Assembly: GCA_951406725.2 (NCBI GenBank)
Contig: OX597832.1
Location: 4,836,001 to 4,900,000 of the forward strand
Direction of reading: 5' to 3'
DNA from: Octopus vulgaris
Lineage: Eukaryota
DNA length: 64,000 nucleotides
The notes beneath the pieces were generated by a model that worked only from the letters and a program-made list of their open reading frames with translations, had not been told where the DNA came from and made no database searches. Below are positions 38,850 to 50,579 of this stretch, piece after piece. The position numbers were made by a program, and so were the translations under genes. The first letter of the stretch is position 1. Every line of letters starts with the position of its first letter.

Positions 38850-39960
38850 TAAAGGTTTTGTTGAAGTTCCTGGAGTCTTGTATGCATAGCAGGCTTACCA
38901 CCTGCTGCCTACAGTACCATGCTATTCATTTTTTTCAGCTATCTAATACTTTCCTGATTATTCTGACCATGCCAAGGAGACAAATCTTTTGTAACAGTTC
39001 TACTGGGCACTCTTCTAATTTCCTTTATATTCCTCTAGATGCCTTCTGATGCTGTTCCCAAGGACCCAACAATAATTAGTGCCATCTCCACCTTCGTCAT
39101 TTTCCATAGCCAGGCTATTTCGTACTTAAGAGGGTTGTATCTATCTATCTTTTTGCCTTCCTTCTTAACTATTCGTGGGTCAAAGGGGCATGCAACATCA
39201 ACTGTATAGCATATGTGGTGCACATTGTCCACTGCCACTCGGTCCAGTTTGTTATGCTCTAGCACATGATCTGTTTTGATTGGGAAATCCTAGAGGATTT
39301 TGCACGTCTCCAACTCCATCACTCTCTGTGGCTTGTGCTCATACCACATCTTGCCTCTCTCTAGGCCCCACTTTTTGCACAGTTTCCAATGTAGCACTTT
39401 TGCTGCCTGGTTGTGTCACCACAACTTGCAATGGTTTTGGGCAAGTCTAAGGCATTCGTTTGTGATATGGGCAATGGTTTCATCCACTCTTTTGCAGATG
39501 CAGCACAGCAGAGATACCTGCTCATTCCTAAGGTTGACTCTACAGCTCGTGGCCAAAGCTTGGTCTTGCACTGCCAGTATTGTGCTCTTGGTTTCTTTTT
39601 TATAGGGTTCCTTTCATCAGCCAATCCCACCTATTTTTTTCCAGCAACTTCTGTTATGGCTGCATGGAATTGATTGTGTAGTCCCTTCTTGCATAATTCT
39701 TCTTCATGTCCTTTTTGTACTTCTTCCTTTGTTTTCCCTTTTTTCTCTGCTCTCAATATTCCCTCATTCCTAACTGTCACTAGCAAGGTTTCCTTATTTT
39801 GGGCTAGGTATCTCATTAAGATCTCTATTTCAATATGCACACAGTTTTCCACACTTATCAGTCCTCTTCCTCCATTTGCTCTCTTCATATATAAGTGATC
39901 AGTGTCTGCTCATGGATGATGGGCTCCATGCATCATTAGGAGCTTTCTTGACTTTCTGTC
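38850..39960 (-). mobile_element. R4/Dong-like LINE 3' relic
   Basis: LYMKRANGGRGLISVE, LAVQDQAL, C..C....ETIAHI, DFPIKTDHVLEHNK.D, DVACPFDPRIVKKE.KKIDRY. Confidence 0.85.
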
Positions 39961-41149
39961 CTAGGGATTATAATAGTAATAGTGAAATTATAATAATAAT
40001 AATGAGATTATTGTATACAGTGCTCAGGTGCACCACAACTTGTCAGAAAGTGCATATAGAGTATATGCAGTAATGTACAAATGTCTGGAAAGCGAACAAT
40101 GTATGAGTCAGATACATGCTTGTGTGTGTATGGAGGGGAGGAAATCAGGTGTAGTGTTGGCGAATCTCAGAAAGCATGGAAGTTTTGAAGGATGCAGTGC
40201 TGCAACCACTAACAACTGATGCCGGCAGTTTGTTCCATGCTTCAGCAACTCTCTGAACATTTAATAATAATAATAATTATTATAGTAGACGTTACACAGT
40301 ATACAATATCTTGAGGTTGTTGATTGAAGATATTGTGTCTACTGGAGGTTTGTACTGTTTGTCAAGTCACAACAAGGACCTCAAACAGACAGTACTTTAT
40401 GTAATATGCATGCAATTCCAAGTAATACCAACTTTTGCAAAACACCTAGATTGTAGGGAATTTCTAAAGTTTTAAGATGTTTTTTTCAGAGTGAGTGGTA
40501 TTGAACCCAATGCTCTGATGACAATAGGGATAACATTTATGATTATTATTATTATGATTATTATTATTGTCATTGCTATTATTAGAGAGGTGAGTGCCTA
40601 TACTAGAATTATTCTGGCAGAATCATTAGCCTGCCAGACAAAATGTTTAACTACACTTTGTCCATTTTTATGTTCTGAGTTCAAATTCCACTGAGGTCGA
40701 CTTTGCCTTGGGATCAATAATAAACACCAGTTGAACACTGGGGTTAATATAAGTGACTTACCATTCCCCTGGAATTGCTGACCAATGCCAAAATTTGAAA
40801 CCATTATTATTGTTGTAGTTGGATGTCCATTCATTCACTTACATACTGTCCGTTTTTCCATGCTAGCATGTGTTGGCGGTGGATTTTTTGAGGCAGTATT
40901 GTATGGGTGTTGGACATTTTTTGGTGATGCCATTTTGGCCTTGCTGATTTGGTCTCATTGGTTCACCAGTGAATCCATTTGGCTTCGGAGGCTTTGACCC
41001 TAAGATGTTTTGGCACTCAGAACATTTGTTCTTTTATCCTACATAATAATCTGTGCACATTATTATCAAATGAAGAACTAAATAAAGTTATATTTTATAA
41101 TAAATCAGCATAGGAGCCTTTTTGTTAATAATAAATAATAATAATAATA

Positions 41150-42170
41150 ATAATAATAATTTATCCTTGTCTACGCGTGTCATATAAAGGGGGATAACTC
41201 CATTTTAATTATTTCAGTTAACTATAGCTTTCTCTTTCCTACTCTCCCATTCGCTCCCCCTTCTCTCTTTTCTGTAGGTGTCTGTTTTCATGCAATAATT
41301 TCATATTTCTCTCCCGCACCTTTCTCTTTTTTTTTTCTATATGCTTATTTTCCTTCATGGATAACATCTTACCCTACCTCTTTGTACATGTATGTTTTTG
41401 CGTACATATGTCAACCATCAGTGCCCAAATAGTTTCACGCAATTCTCCCATTCCAGCATTTAATACCTGGATGCTCTTCCTGTCACCAACCGTTACGTGT
41501 TTTTTAAGTAGGGGATATTATAGTTCACTGATCTCCAAAAATGCAGATCAAGTAGTTATAATGTCTCCAGGGAACGTAAACGTCATATCACTGTTTAGTA
41601 ATACAGTGATAAAGTAATAAGCAAACGTGTACAATGTTAATATACAGGCACATACGACAACTACGGAAGACAACTTTTGAAATGTTTAACCCATTAAGAC
41701 CTCATCAGGGAACTATAGATTTCACCATACATGTTGAACTATTGAGAAGAATTTATCAATGATGTTATCCGCACGAAAAGCGATACTTAAATATCTAATA
41801 CAGGGTGCGTTAAAATGCTTATTAGAAATAATCATACGGAGAGCAAAAACTATTTTAAAAAAGCAATAGGTAATAAAAAAATATATAAACCTGGATACGC
41901 GAGAAAGGAAAATGCAACACGTTACCTTATAATTTTCGCAAATTAATGTAATTCTATTTCTGAGAAAATAAAAACATGCTTCCACTAACTGAAATAACCA
42001 AAAGCGATTATTTTTTACAACTTTAGAAATGTCTTAACAGCACGCAAATCGATTCCATATCGTGAACGGTATTAATTCTACTTTTGTCCTTCCATAAAAA
42101 TAGCTCTGCAGCTCTGCTCAAAGACTCTGATAACGTAAATACTGTTTTTCCTTTGATAATAGAAGGAATA
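41150..42170. promoter_or_regulatory. Probable promoter/5' UTR region of the ASB-like gene
   Basis: Repeat-free, visibly CpG-retaining stretch (to about 43400) in otherwise CpG-depleted DNA, just upstream of the inferred start exon. Confidence 0.45.
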
Positions 42171-42177
42171 TGGTCAG
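42170..42177 (+). CDS. ASB-like gene, inferred first coding exon (ATG GTC AG)
   Basis: ATG with A at -3 and an in-frame TAA upstream (42131); strong donor CAG|GTAAGA; phase 2 matches the 50176 acceptor, giving MVSVVSCVKQ. Confidence 0.55.
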
Positions 42178-42190
42178 GTAAGAAGCTGCG

Positions 42191-42223
<33 letters not shown>

Positions 42224-43556
42224 GTTTTCCCTAATCTCTGAAAATAACTTATGCGAAATATTTTTGATGATAGCAACATACAAGTTCAGCATTCTTTCGC
42301 ATTCTCAAAAAACGGCTTTCGAGACGAAAAAAGTTATATTTTTGTTTTGTCGCAACTGTTGATTACCGTCTGTATCACAGATCTGTTTTAGATCTTCATA
42401 AGTTTCTCCTCCTATACTTGAACTTATGATTCGGAATACAAAAAGAAAATAAAGCAAGAATATATTGGCTAGAAACAAAGTCTCCTGATTTAATGCACTG
42501 TAGATTCTAATTTGATGGAATATATCCTAATTAGGCAGACTGTTTAGTATAACACCTCTTGGTTATCGCTGCTAGTACCATTTCTATTTATACCCAGAAA
42601 ATGCAGCACGACAATGTTTCTGTTTTTTCTAAAACCAGTTACTCTACTATATACGATAGATACCTATCTGTGTGATTATTACTTTTGTTCTTTAAAGTAT
42701 CGTTATAATTTTCCTCGTCTCTTATTTACTAATTATTAGTGCTACAGACAATTTTAAATAATATCTATTGCCAAACTAATGTTTCTTTACAGAGAATAAA
42801 ACCAAAAAGTCACAGATTTCATACTACTCAGAAATTTAGATTAAAATCTAATCACGACGTACAATAATGCCAAATAAACATTGATTTAGTGTTTTGAAAA
42901 TTAATCTTTAGCATTAAATGTTGTTTAAAATTACTTTTAACGCCAATTATTATCAACAAACCAGAAAACTTCTGATTATTCGATTATTCTTTAAAGAGGG
43001 AAAGTATTTCGATAGAAGTAAAATAAGTGATGGACTAGCTGATCTGTTTTTTAGTATCATTTCTACGTTCGATCATTGTGGATATTATTTGAAATATTTT
43101 CATGTGTTGGAACACAATGCTTTACAGTATTCAGCATAATCGGAATTCAGAACATAATCCCTATATGTTCCGAATTTCGATTATGCCAGAATCGACTTTG
43201 CCATTCGTCTGAACAGTATCGATAAAGTAAATATAGTTGTGTTGATCTAATGAACTGTTTTCATATTTTTTCAAAATCGCGGAACATCAAAAAACATTCC
43301 ATTAATCTTTGATAATACAGTGTCACTTTCATTTTCTTACAAACTTTTGAAAGTTAATTTTGTTTCGTGACTGGAGATTTTCCTTTTTTTTCCTTTACAT
43401 TTGCTGTCTCCTGGTTGTTTGTTAAGTATTATTTATATGGTGTTCATTATGATTATTTAAGACTGGAGGGTGTGATTGTGTCTGATTAGGCATGAACAAA
43501 CTTTTCAAGAAGTGGACCACATGACGCTTCACCATACCGACCGCAGGGCAAACCTA

Positions 43557-44977
43557 CACAAGTGGGCGGAGGTAAAGGACATGGACCGCACCCATTTTCG
43601 GTTATTGGGGCGGGGGGTCTACAGAAACCCACTTTCTCGACTGCGGAGATTCCGAATCTGCAAAACAAATCAGCATTTCAAAATTTTAATTCTCCCCGCC
43701 CCACTACCGCCACCACCATCACCACCACCAATTTTTCGCTTATTTTAGAAATTGTTTTGGGCGAAATACGGAGATTATGATTCTGAAAAAAATTTTGTAA
43801 AGCTTCAATTTTTCTAAAGTAAATAAACACCCTCCAATCCGCCAGCGCATCTGTGATAGAAAGTGAACATGTTGTGGTTGAGCGTCTTTTGGAATTAAGA
43901 GAGATATGTAAAAATTAGTTTGCACACACAGGACAACAAAATGACATTTAAATTTTTTTTTTTTTTTTTTTTTTGGTAATTCGTATTTAGAAAGTGGATC
44001 TTCGGTTTGGCTGTTGTTTCTACCTTGTCGGACTTTCCGGTTGGAGCGTACATAAAAATGGAAGATTTTGAAAACCCCAAACACACGTTTTCAAAATTTT
44101 TATTTTCCTCTTCTCTATCTCTCTGGCAAAGAAAAGAGTGTGGGTGGAGAAAATTAAAATTTTAAAAACATGATTTGTCTCTTAGCTTCTATTTCTAGCA
44201 TGTCGAGTTTTCTGTTTAGATACTTTTTATGTCTGCTATTTTAGTAGGAGGGGTTTTTGTGTTTTTTTCAAAATCATAATCTCCATATTTCACCAAAAAA
44301 AATTTCTAAAAAAAGTGAAAAACTGGGTGGAGGGATTAAAGTTTTGAAATACCGATTTTGTTCGCAGATTCAGAATCTCCGCAGTCATAAAGATAGGTTT
44401 CTGCAGAAAAAAAAATAAAACGAAAGTGGGTGTGGTCCATGTCCTTTAACTCTGCCCACAAGTGTGCCCTTTTCCAACTTTGTTTCCTCATAATTTTCAG
44501 GAAAATTGGATATTTTTTAATGAAACTTTCACCAAATATGCTTCAGTGTGTTGATTCTGATGATATCGGAATTTGTGAAAAATATACATAAATACGTACT
44601 GATACACTTCGTATATCTTCAAAATGAAACTTGAAATTTCGAAAAAAAATTGTGATATGTGTCAATGTGTACAAATTCACCATTTTTTTTAATGTATATT
44701 AAGTGTGATATAATCGTAATCTACCCAGTCTCAAAGGTATTTGTAAAAAATTTCATTAAAAAAAAGTAACCATCTTTCTAAAAGTTGTGGGAGAACAAAG
44801 CTAACTCGTATGGATTTTCCGAAACTCCTCTCCCCACTCATGGGAAATTTCTTTTCACAACAAATTCCAATGTAATCGGAACCTACACCATCTAAAGCAT
44901 ATTTGTAGAATATTACATTAGAAAATATTAATTTTTCTGGAAGTTATGAGGAAACAAAATCAGGGGGCATACTTGTG
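43557..44977. mobile_element. Composite double-foldback element with TA target
   Basis: TA-CACAAGT ... ACTTGTG-TA; arms 43557-43800 vs 44255-44460, and a second inverted pair 44457-44535 vs 44905-44977. Confidence 0.75.
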
Positions 44978-45369
44978 TACTGGCCGCAGTACTAAAAAAA
45001 AAGAAAAAATTTGAGGTAATTTTTCATCAGACGTGCCATGCAGAAAAATTGATGAACCACAGATGATCCATGACTGTGATAGATTGAATAGATTTTTGTT
45101 GTTCTTGTTTGTTGATGTTTAAAATGACAACAAAAAATTTGAAACTGTTTAATACAATCACACTTCATTTTAACACCAAAAATCCTTCAACAACAGAATA
45201 GAAATAAACATCATAAATACATTTTAAGTGCATCAAAGTTATCCCTGATGACAAACAAGTTAGCGGTAGCAGCACAAACAAAAGATTCTTTCATGACTGC
45301 TAAACAAAGTGATACAAGCCACTGGTTGATAAAAAGCAGCACGCTATCATGAAGGATTATTAATATTTC

Positions 45370-45910
45370 TGGTCATTCACTGGGATAACATGAAGAGTGT
45401 TGGGTTCATCACTTTGAGCCAATGACAAAGAGACAATCCATATAGTTTTGGGGGATGCAAAAAGGGCCACAACACTAATGGAGAGTACTATGCTACTTTG
45501 CTGAGGCAGTTACAAAAGGCTATCAAGACCAAATGCCAAGGAAAACTGGCAAAAGAAGTTTTGTTTCATCAGGACAATGCTCCAGCACATAAGGCCTTGG
45601 TTTCAATGGTTGTTGTACATGACTGGCTTTGATCACCCTCCATATTCAGCCCCTTCTGACTATCTTCTGTTACCCAGCATGAAAAAACACTTGATTTGGA
45701 ACTAGTGTCACAGTGTTAATGACATCACATCTGCTGTTGATGACTTTTTTGAGTAACAGGATAAAACTAAGCTTTTTCACCAATGGAATCCAAGCACTGG
45801 AAGAAGTTTGTAGCCCACAAGGGGGGACTATATTGAAAAATAAACCTTATTTGTTCACCTTCCTTAAGAGAATCTTGGTCAGCCTATGAACTTTTTAGCC
45901 AACCCTCATA
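45370..45910 (+). mobile_element. Mariner transposase 3' relic
   Basis: WVHHFEP, NGEYYATLLRQLQKAIK, LFHQDNAPAH, HPPYS.APSDY; right TIR ending ccctcata. Confidence 0.85.
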
Positions 45911-46550
45911 ATTCTGGACAAAAGATACCAACCTGAATATTAAATAGAAATCTCATGAAGACGTGTAATGTAGGTGAGTCTGATCTTTGCTAAGTATGTG
46001 AGACATCTCCAGACACATTTCAGTCTTATTACACCTTGTAAGTATAGTCTTTCCCAGTACTTGCTAGATGACTTGAGAGATATGTAGAGTTTGAATGAAT
46101 AAAGACAGATAGGTAATAGTGACATTGAGTGAGAAGAGTGGGACAAACCAAATGACTTTTGCAGATGTTAAGGACCAGCATAACAGAGAAGCAATCCTTA
46201 AACCCATTCAATGCCAAAGTATCATTGTAATAGGGAGCTGCACCAGCAAAAATTTCAAGACTTGCTTAAGTAGGATATTTCTTAGATTGGTGGATAAACA
46301 CTTTATACAGTCACATAGGATACAGATGTTTGTTTGATAGACACAAAGGTCTCTTTCAGTTGTGTACCCAGCATTAAAAAAATATTAGTGGGCACTCCTA
46401 AACCATGTGCAGAGGGAGAATGTTCATGAAGGGTTAACAACAAGTGCCCAGTGGGTGATCGAAGCACTTCCAAAAGTGTTGTGTATGAGGTTAAGGCGGT
46501 GACTGGTATTGGCAGTTGCAGTGGTGGTGTTGACAGCAACAACAGCAATG

Positions 46551-47600
46551 TGAAGGCACAATGGCCCAGTGGTTAGGGCAGCGGATTCGCAGTTGTAAGA
46601 ATGCGGTTTCGATTCCCAGACCAGGCATTGTGAGTGTTTATTGAGCAAAAACACCTAAGCTCCATGAGGCTCCGGTGATGGTGGGGGGAACCCCGCTGTA
46701 CTCAGTGATTTCATCAGCCATACTCTCAACAATATGCCCTTAAATATGTTTCTGATTACAAATATCTTGGGTCATACATATCATCATCTGAAAAAGATTT
46801 TCTAATTAGAAAGGGTATGGCCTGATCAGCGTGTAATGATATGTATAAGATCTGGTCATCAAATCTAAGTAGAGATTTCAAACTTAAAATCTTCAAAGCC
46901 ACAGTCAAACCAATTCTACTATATGGCTCAGAAACCTGGACGTTATCAAAGAAGCTTGAGAGGTGGTTGGATGGAACTTACATTCGCCTCCTTATGAGAG
47001 CTCAAAATCTCTCGTGGAAGCATCATCCAACCAAAGTACAAATATATGGGGAAACTACCACCTGTATAATCTCTTGTGAAAGGTAGAAGAGCCCAGCTTG
47101 CTGGACATTGTTGTAGAGCTGAAAACGAGGTAATTTCTACTCTTCTCCTCTGGAAGCCATCTGCTTGCGATACCAGAGGGTGCACACTCTCCTACCCTGA
47201 TGTAATCTCCAGGGATACAGGCATCCAGCAACAGGACCTCCATAATGCTATGATGGACCGTGAAGTCTGGCGTAACATAGTAAATTCCATTGTCTCGTCC
47301 ATGGCCGAACAATGATGATGATGACAACTTTCTCTCACTCTTTCTTCCTACTTCTGCCACAAAGCAGAGGAACCATGGTGTAACCCACTATTGTGTGGTA
47401 AACTTTCAGACCCTAGTTTAGATTGCAAATCCTCTGTACCCCAGGATGGTTCAGTTCGCCACTCGATAAAAGCCACTGTTTACAGAAAGGGGATAACCAT
47501 GTAGCTTGCACACCCATGCAACCGCCAGTCTATTACGTGTGGTGGGTGGATCTCCAAGTTGCCATGCGCATTCTTAGTGGCTTAGAGTAGGCTTGAATTA
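46551..47600 (+). mobile_element. Family C SINE interrupted by an RTE-like LINE 3' fragment (46703-47323)
   Basis: tRNA-like head at 46551-46700 resumes at 47324 (ACAACTTTCTCTCACTC); insert encodes YKYLGS, KIFKATVKPILLYGSETW, RRAQLAGHC, AMMDREVW and ends in (GAT)n. Confidence 0.85.
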
Positions 47601-47634
47601 GAAATTATTCTTTGTGGCTAATGGCGTGAGTCCT

Positions 47635-47905
47635 GATTGGAAGAAGAAGAAGACAACAGCAATGGCACCAACAGCATATATGCTAATAACAACAGTAGCA
47701 ACAGCAATTGCAATGTTGGTAGCAGTTACACTAACAGTGTGTCAAGCAGCAGCAGTCACAGAAGCAATAAAAGCACCAGTTATGTGTCCAGCAGTGGTAG
47801 CAACTGCAGCACCATCAATAACAGCAATGTTGGCAATGATACCAGTAGCAACAGCAGCAATGGGTCCAGCAGTAACAACAGCAGCTGTAACACCACAAGC
47901 ACAAG
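47635..47905. repeat. Degenerate (CAG/CAA/AAC)n low-complexity tract
   Basis: Directly visible; source of the Ser/Asn- and Ala/Thr-rich ORFs. Confidence 0.8.
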
Positions 47906-49010
47906 AGTACAGACATGGAAATATGTTGATTCCGTCATCATCTTAGCAATCATGGGTCCTCCTTTATGATACAGAGGTGCAACATCATGTCTTTGGCTAG
48001 CTATGTATGGCATTTAAAAGAGGAGGGTATGTCATACATAATTAAAAGGAGTTTCCAAGAACAACCAGGGCTGTACCTCAACAGGAGCAAATGATGTAAG
48101 CTTTGTTTGGCCAAAAGAGCAAGAATCCTGTAAAACTCACTTGATCTGGGTAGATTTTTAAATTCCAAAGATGAGATAATGAGTTTGTGCCCTCATCAGA
48201 GGAAATTCATGTTGGGAACATGGAATTCCTATTTACCAACTAGGAAAATGCTACCAACTTCAGATGTCTTTGGCAGGGGTCATGGACATAACTGAAATCA
48301 AACTAAGGGTGGTGACTCCATCATACCCAAACTTTTGCCAGTAGAGTTTTATTCCAGAATTCTTTTTGTTTACAAATTTAACTGACCATGATATTTTCTT
48401 CCCTCCAGTTGTAGAAAGGTTATGTGCTGCCTCCAGCCATTTGAGTCTGACCAGTAGCCAGTACACCTAAGTGCTTTATAGGCATGAAGCCAATGGCCAC
48501 TCTCTGCCTGGCGTAACAAACAATCTTCTAAATATCACTACTCTAATGTTTTAGAGTGTGCCTCATTTTCGATATACGAATTACTGACCGATATATATTA
48601 TATACTATTATAAAGGTGGTGAACTAGCAGAATTGTTAGCAATCCAGGAAAACTACTTAGCGGCATTTCGTCTGTCTTTACATTCTGAGTTCAAATTCCA
48701 CTGAGGTCAACTTTACCTTTCATCCTTTCAGGTTCGATAAAATGAGTACTAGTTGAACACTGGGGTCGATGTAACCAACTTACTCCTTCCCCTCAAATTT
48801 CAGGCCTTGTGCATTAAAAGTTGAACATTAAAATGAACAACAAAACAAGAGGATATACATATGGAATATATTAGCTGGACACTTAATAAAAGTAGAAAAA
48901 AGAATAGGTTTTTAACATTTTGAGCATAGCCCTTTGTCAGAAGAGGAGAAAAGATAAGTCCAGAGAAGGAAAAAAAAACATTAACTGCACATATGTGATT
49001 AACACATATA

Positions 49011-49228
49011 CGAGGGAGTGTTGAAAAGTTCCTGGCTTTGTGTAAAAGAAAATACAGGAGGATCAGTTAATTGTGATTTTATTCAACGCATTCCCCTCTC
49101 AGATTCACACACTTATTATAGTGGTCCTTCAATTTTTCTAGGCCCTGTAAAAGAATCTGAAAGGTTGGGCCTCCAACCAGGCCTTTCACAATACCCTTAA
49201 AGCCAGGAACTTTTCAGCCCCTCTTCAT
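49011..49228. mobile_element. Mariner-type MITE
   Basis: TA-CGAGGGAGTGTTGAAAAGTTCCTGGCTTT / AAAGCCAGGAACTTTTCAGCCCC TIRs; homologous to 12228-12441. Confidence 0.85.
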
Positions 49229-50011
49229 ATATTATATATATGTGTGTGTGTGTGTGATGCATGTGCGTGTATTTCCCATCACCCTTGACAATCAGTGTTA
49301 GTTTTTTGTCCCCATAATGTAACAGTTTGGCTAAAGGGACCAATAGAATTAGTACCAGGCTTTATAAAAACAAGTACTGGGGGGTTGATTCATTCAGCTA
49401 AAGCCCTTCAGTGCAGTGCTCCAGCATGGCCACAAACAAATAAAAGATGATTGAAATATATCTGCTGTTATACTAATCAACGATCACACTGACTCCCTAC
49501 TGCAAATCATTCCTCTTCTAAATTTTGAAGTTGTCTCCCCTCCCATTTATTTTCACCAGAATTAATAAATTAAGTTTTAATTACTGCACTATGTTGGCAT
49601 CAACTTGATTATTTATTTTTAAGCAGAAGGTATCTCTTGGTAATTTCCTCCCCACCTCCATCCTTCTGTTATTCTTATGGTGAAGTTGACTATTTAAAAC
49701 AGTCAAAATGTCTACGTTCTCTAAAGATTACCTTCTACAGTAGTCTCTAAATTTATAAAAATACCAAATCCAGGATTTTGCTTTACTTCTGCATATACAG
49801 CAGGCAACTCCAGTCAAGTTTCACTTATTATGGACCTCATCAGTGAATCATAGTCTTTGTTGTAATTGTCAAAATGATAAGAGAATCATTCAGTAAATAT
49901 GAAATTGATATTGGCCATTGACTAATATTGTTTTTCCATCAGTGCATAATTATTTCCAGTTAGCTCTTTAAAGTCTTTTGTATTAAATATGTCATCACAA
50001 ACTTAACAGTT

Positions 50012-50079
50012 AATAACCCACAGATGCCATCTGATATCTTCCTTGTTTGCAAGATATCAGGTGGCATCTGTGGGTTATT
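50012..50079. other. Near-perfect 29-bp hairpin with a 10-nt loop in ASB-like intron 1
   Basis: AATAACCCACAGATGCCATCTGATATCTT-ccttgtttgc-AAGATATCAGGTGGCATCTGTGGGTTATT (one U-G wobble on the sense strand). Confidence 0.9.
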
Positions 50080-50175
50080 CATTCTCATTACTGAAGCGTT
50101 ATAAATGACCTTGAATTCTGTTCTGTATAAAAAGGTTCACTGAATTTAAATTTTTATTTTCTACTTTTCATCCAG

Positions 50176-50579
50176 TGTGGTTAGTTGTGTGAAGCAGAAC
50201 AATCAACGTATTTTATCATTGCTTCTGGACGTCCCAGGCAGTGTACCAAAAAATGAATTGAAAGAAGCTTTACTTTTGTCTTCAGAGAAAGGCTACATAG
50301 AATGCACAAACTCTCTGATCAAAGCTGGTGCTGATATTGACTGCCAAAATAGTTCCGGAGAAACACCATTGATCTTGGCTACAAAAGAAAATAAACCAGA
50401 CATTATAAAAGCTTTAATTGAAGCAAAATGTGACTGCTATATGACAGCTAAGAGTGGAAATGCTGCCATCCATATTGCTGCACAGAAGGACTTGTTACAA
50501 TGTTTCCAAATCCTCTTGGACAATGGTGTTGATATCAATACTAGAGATCCTGGACAAAATACACCTCTTATTATTTCAA
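50176..50579 (+). CDS. ASB-like gene, ankyrin-repeat exon
   Basis: Acceptor ttttcatccag; GADIDCQNSSGETPLILA, GNAAIHIAA, GVDINTRDPGQNTPLIIS; donor CAA|GTAGGT (phase 1). Confidence 0.92.

Noticed and set aside
47614-47969. Ser/Asn-rich and Ala/Thr-rich ORFs inside ASB-like intron 1
   Set aside because: Degenerate trinucleotide repeat with no convincing splice sites
49808-49850. Additional CTGATGA...GAAA-like strings (also about 41685-41712 and 48915-48945, minus strand)
   Set aside because: Stem II or core/cleavage nucleotides are missing; may be decayed hammerheads but cannot be supported
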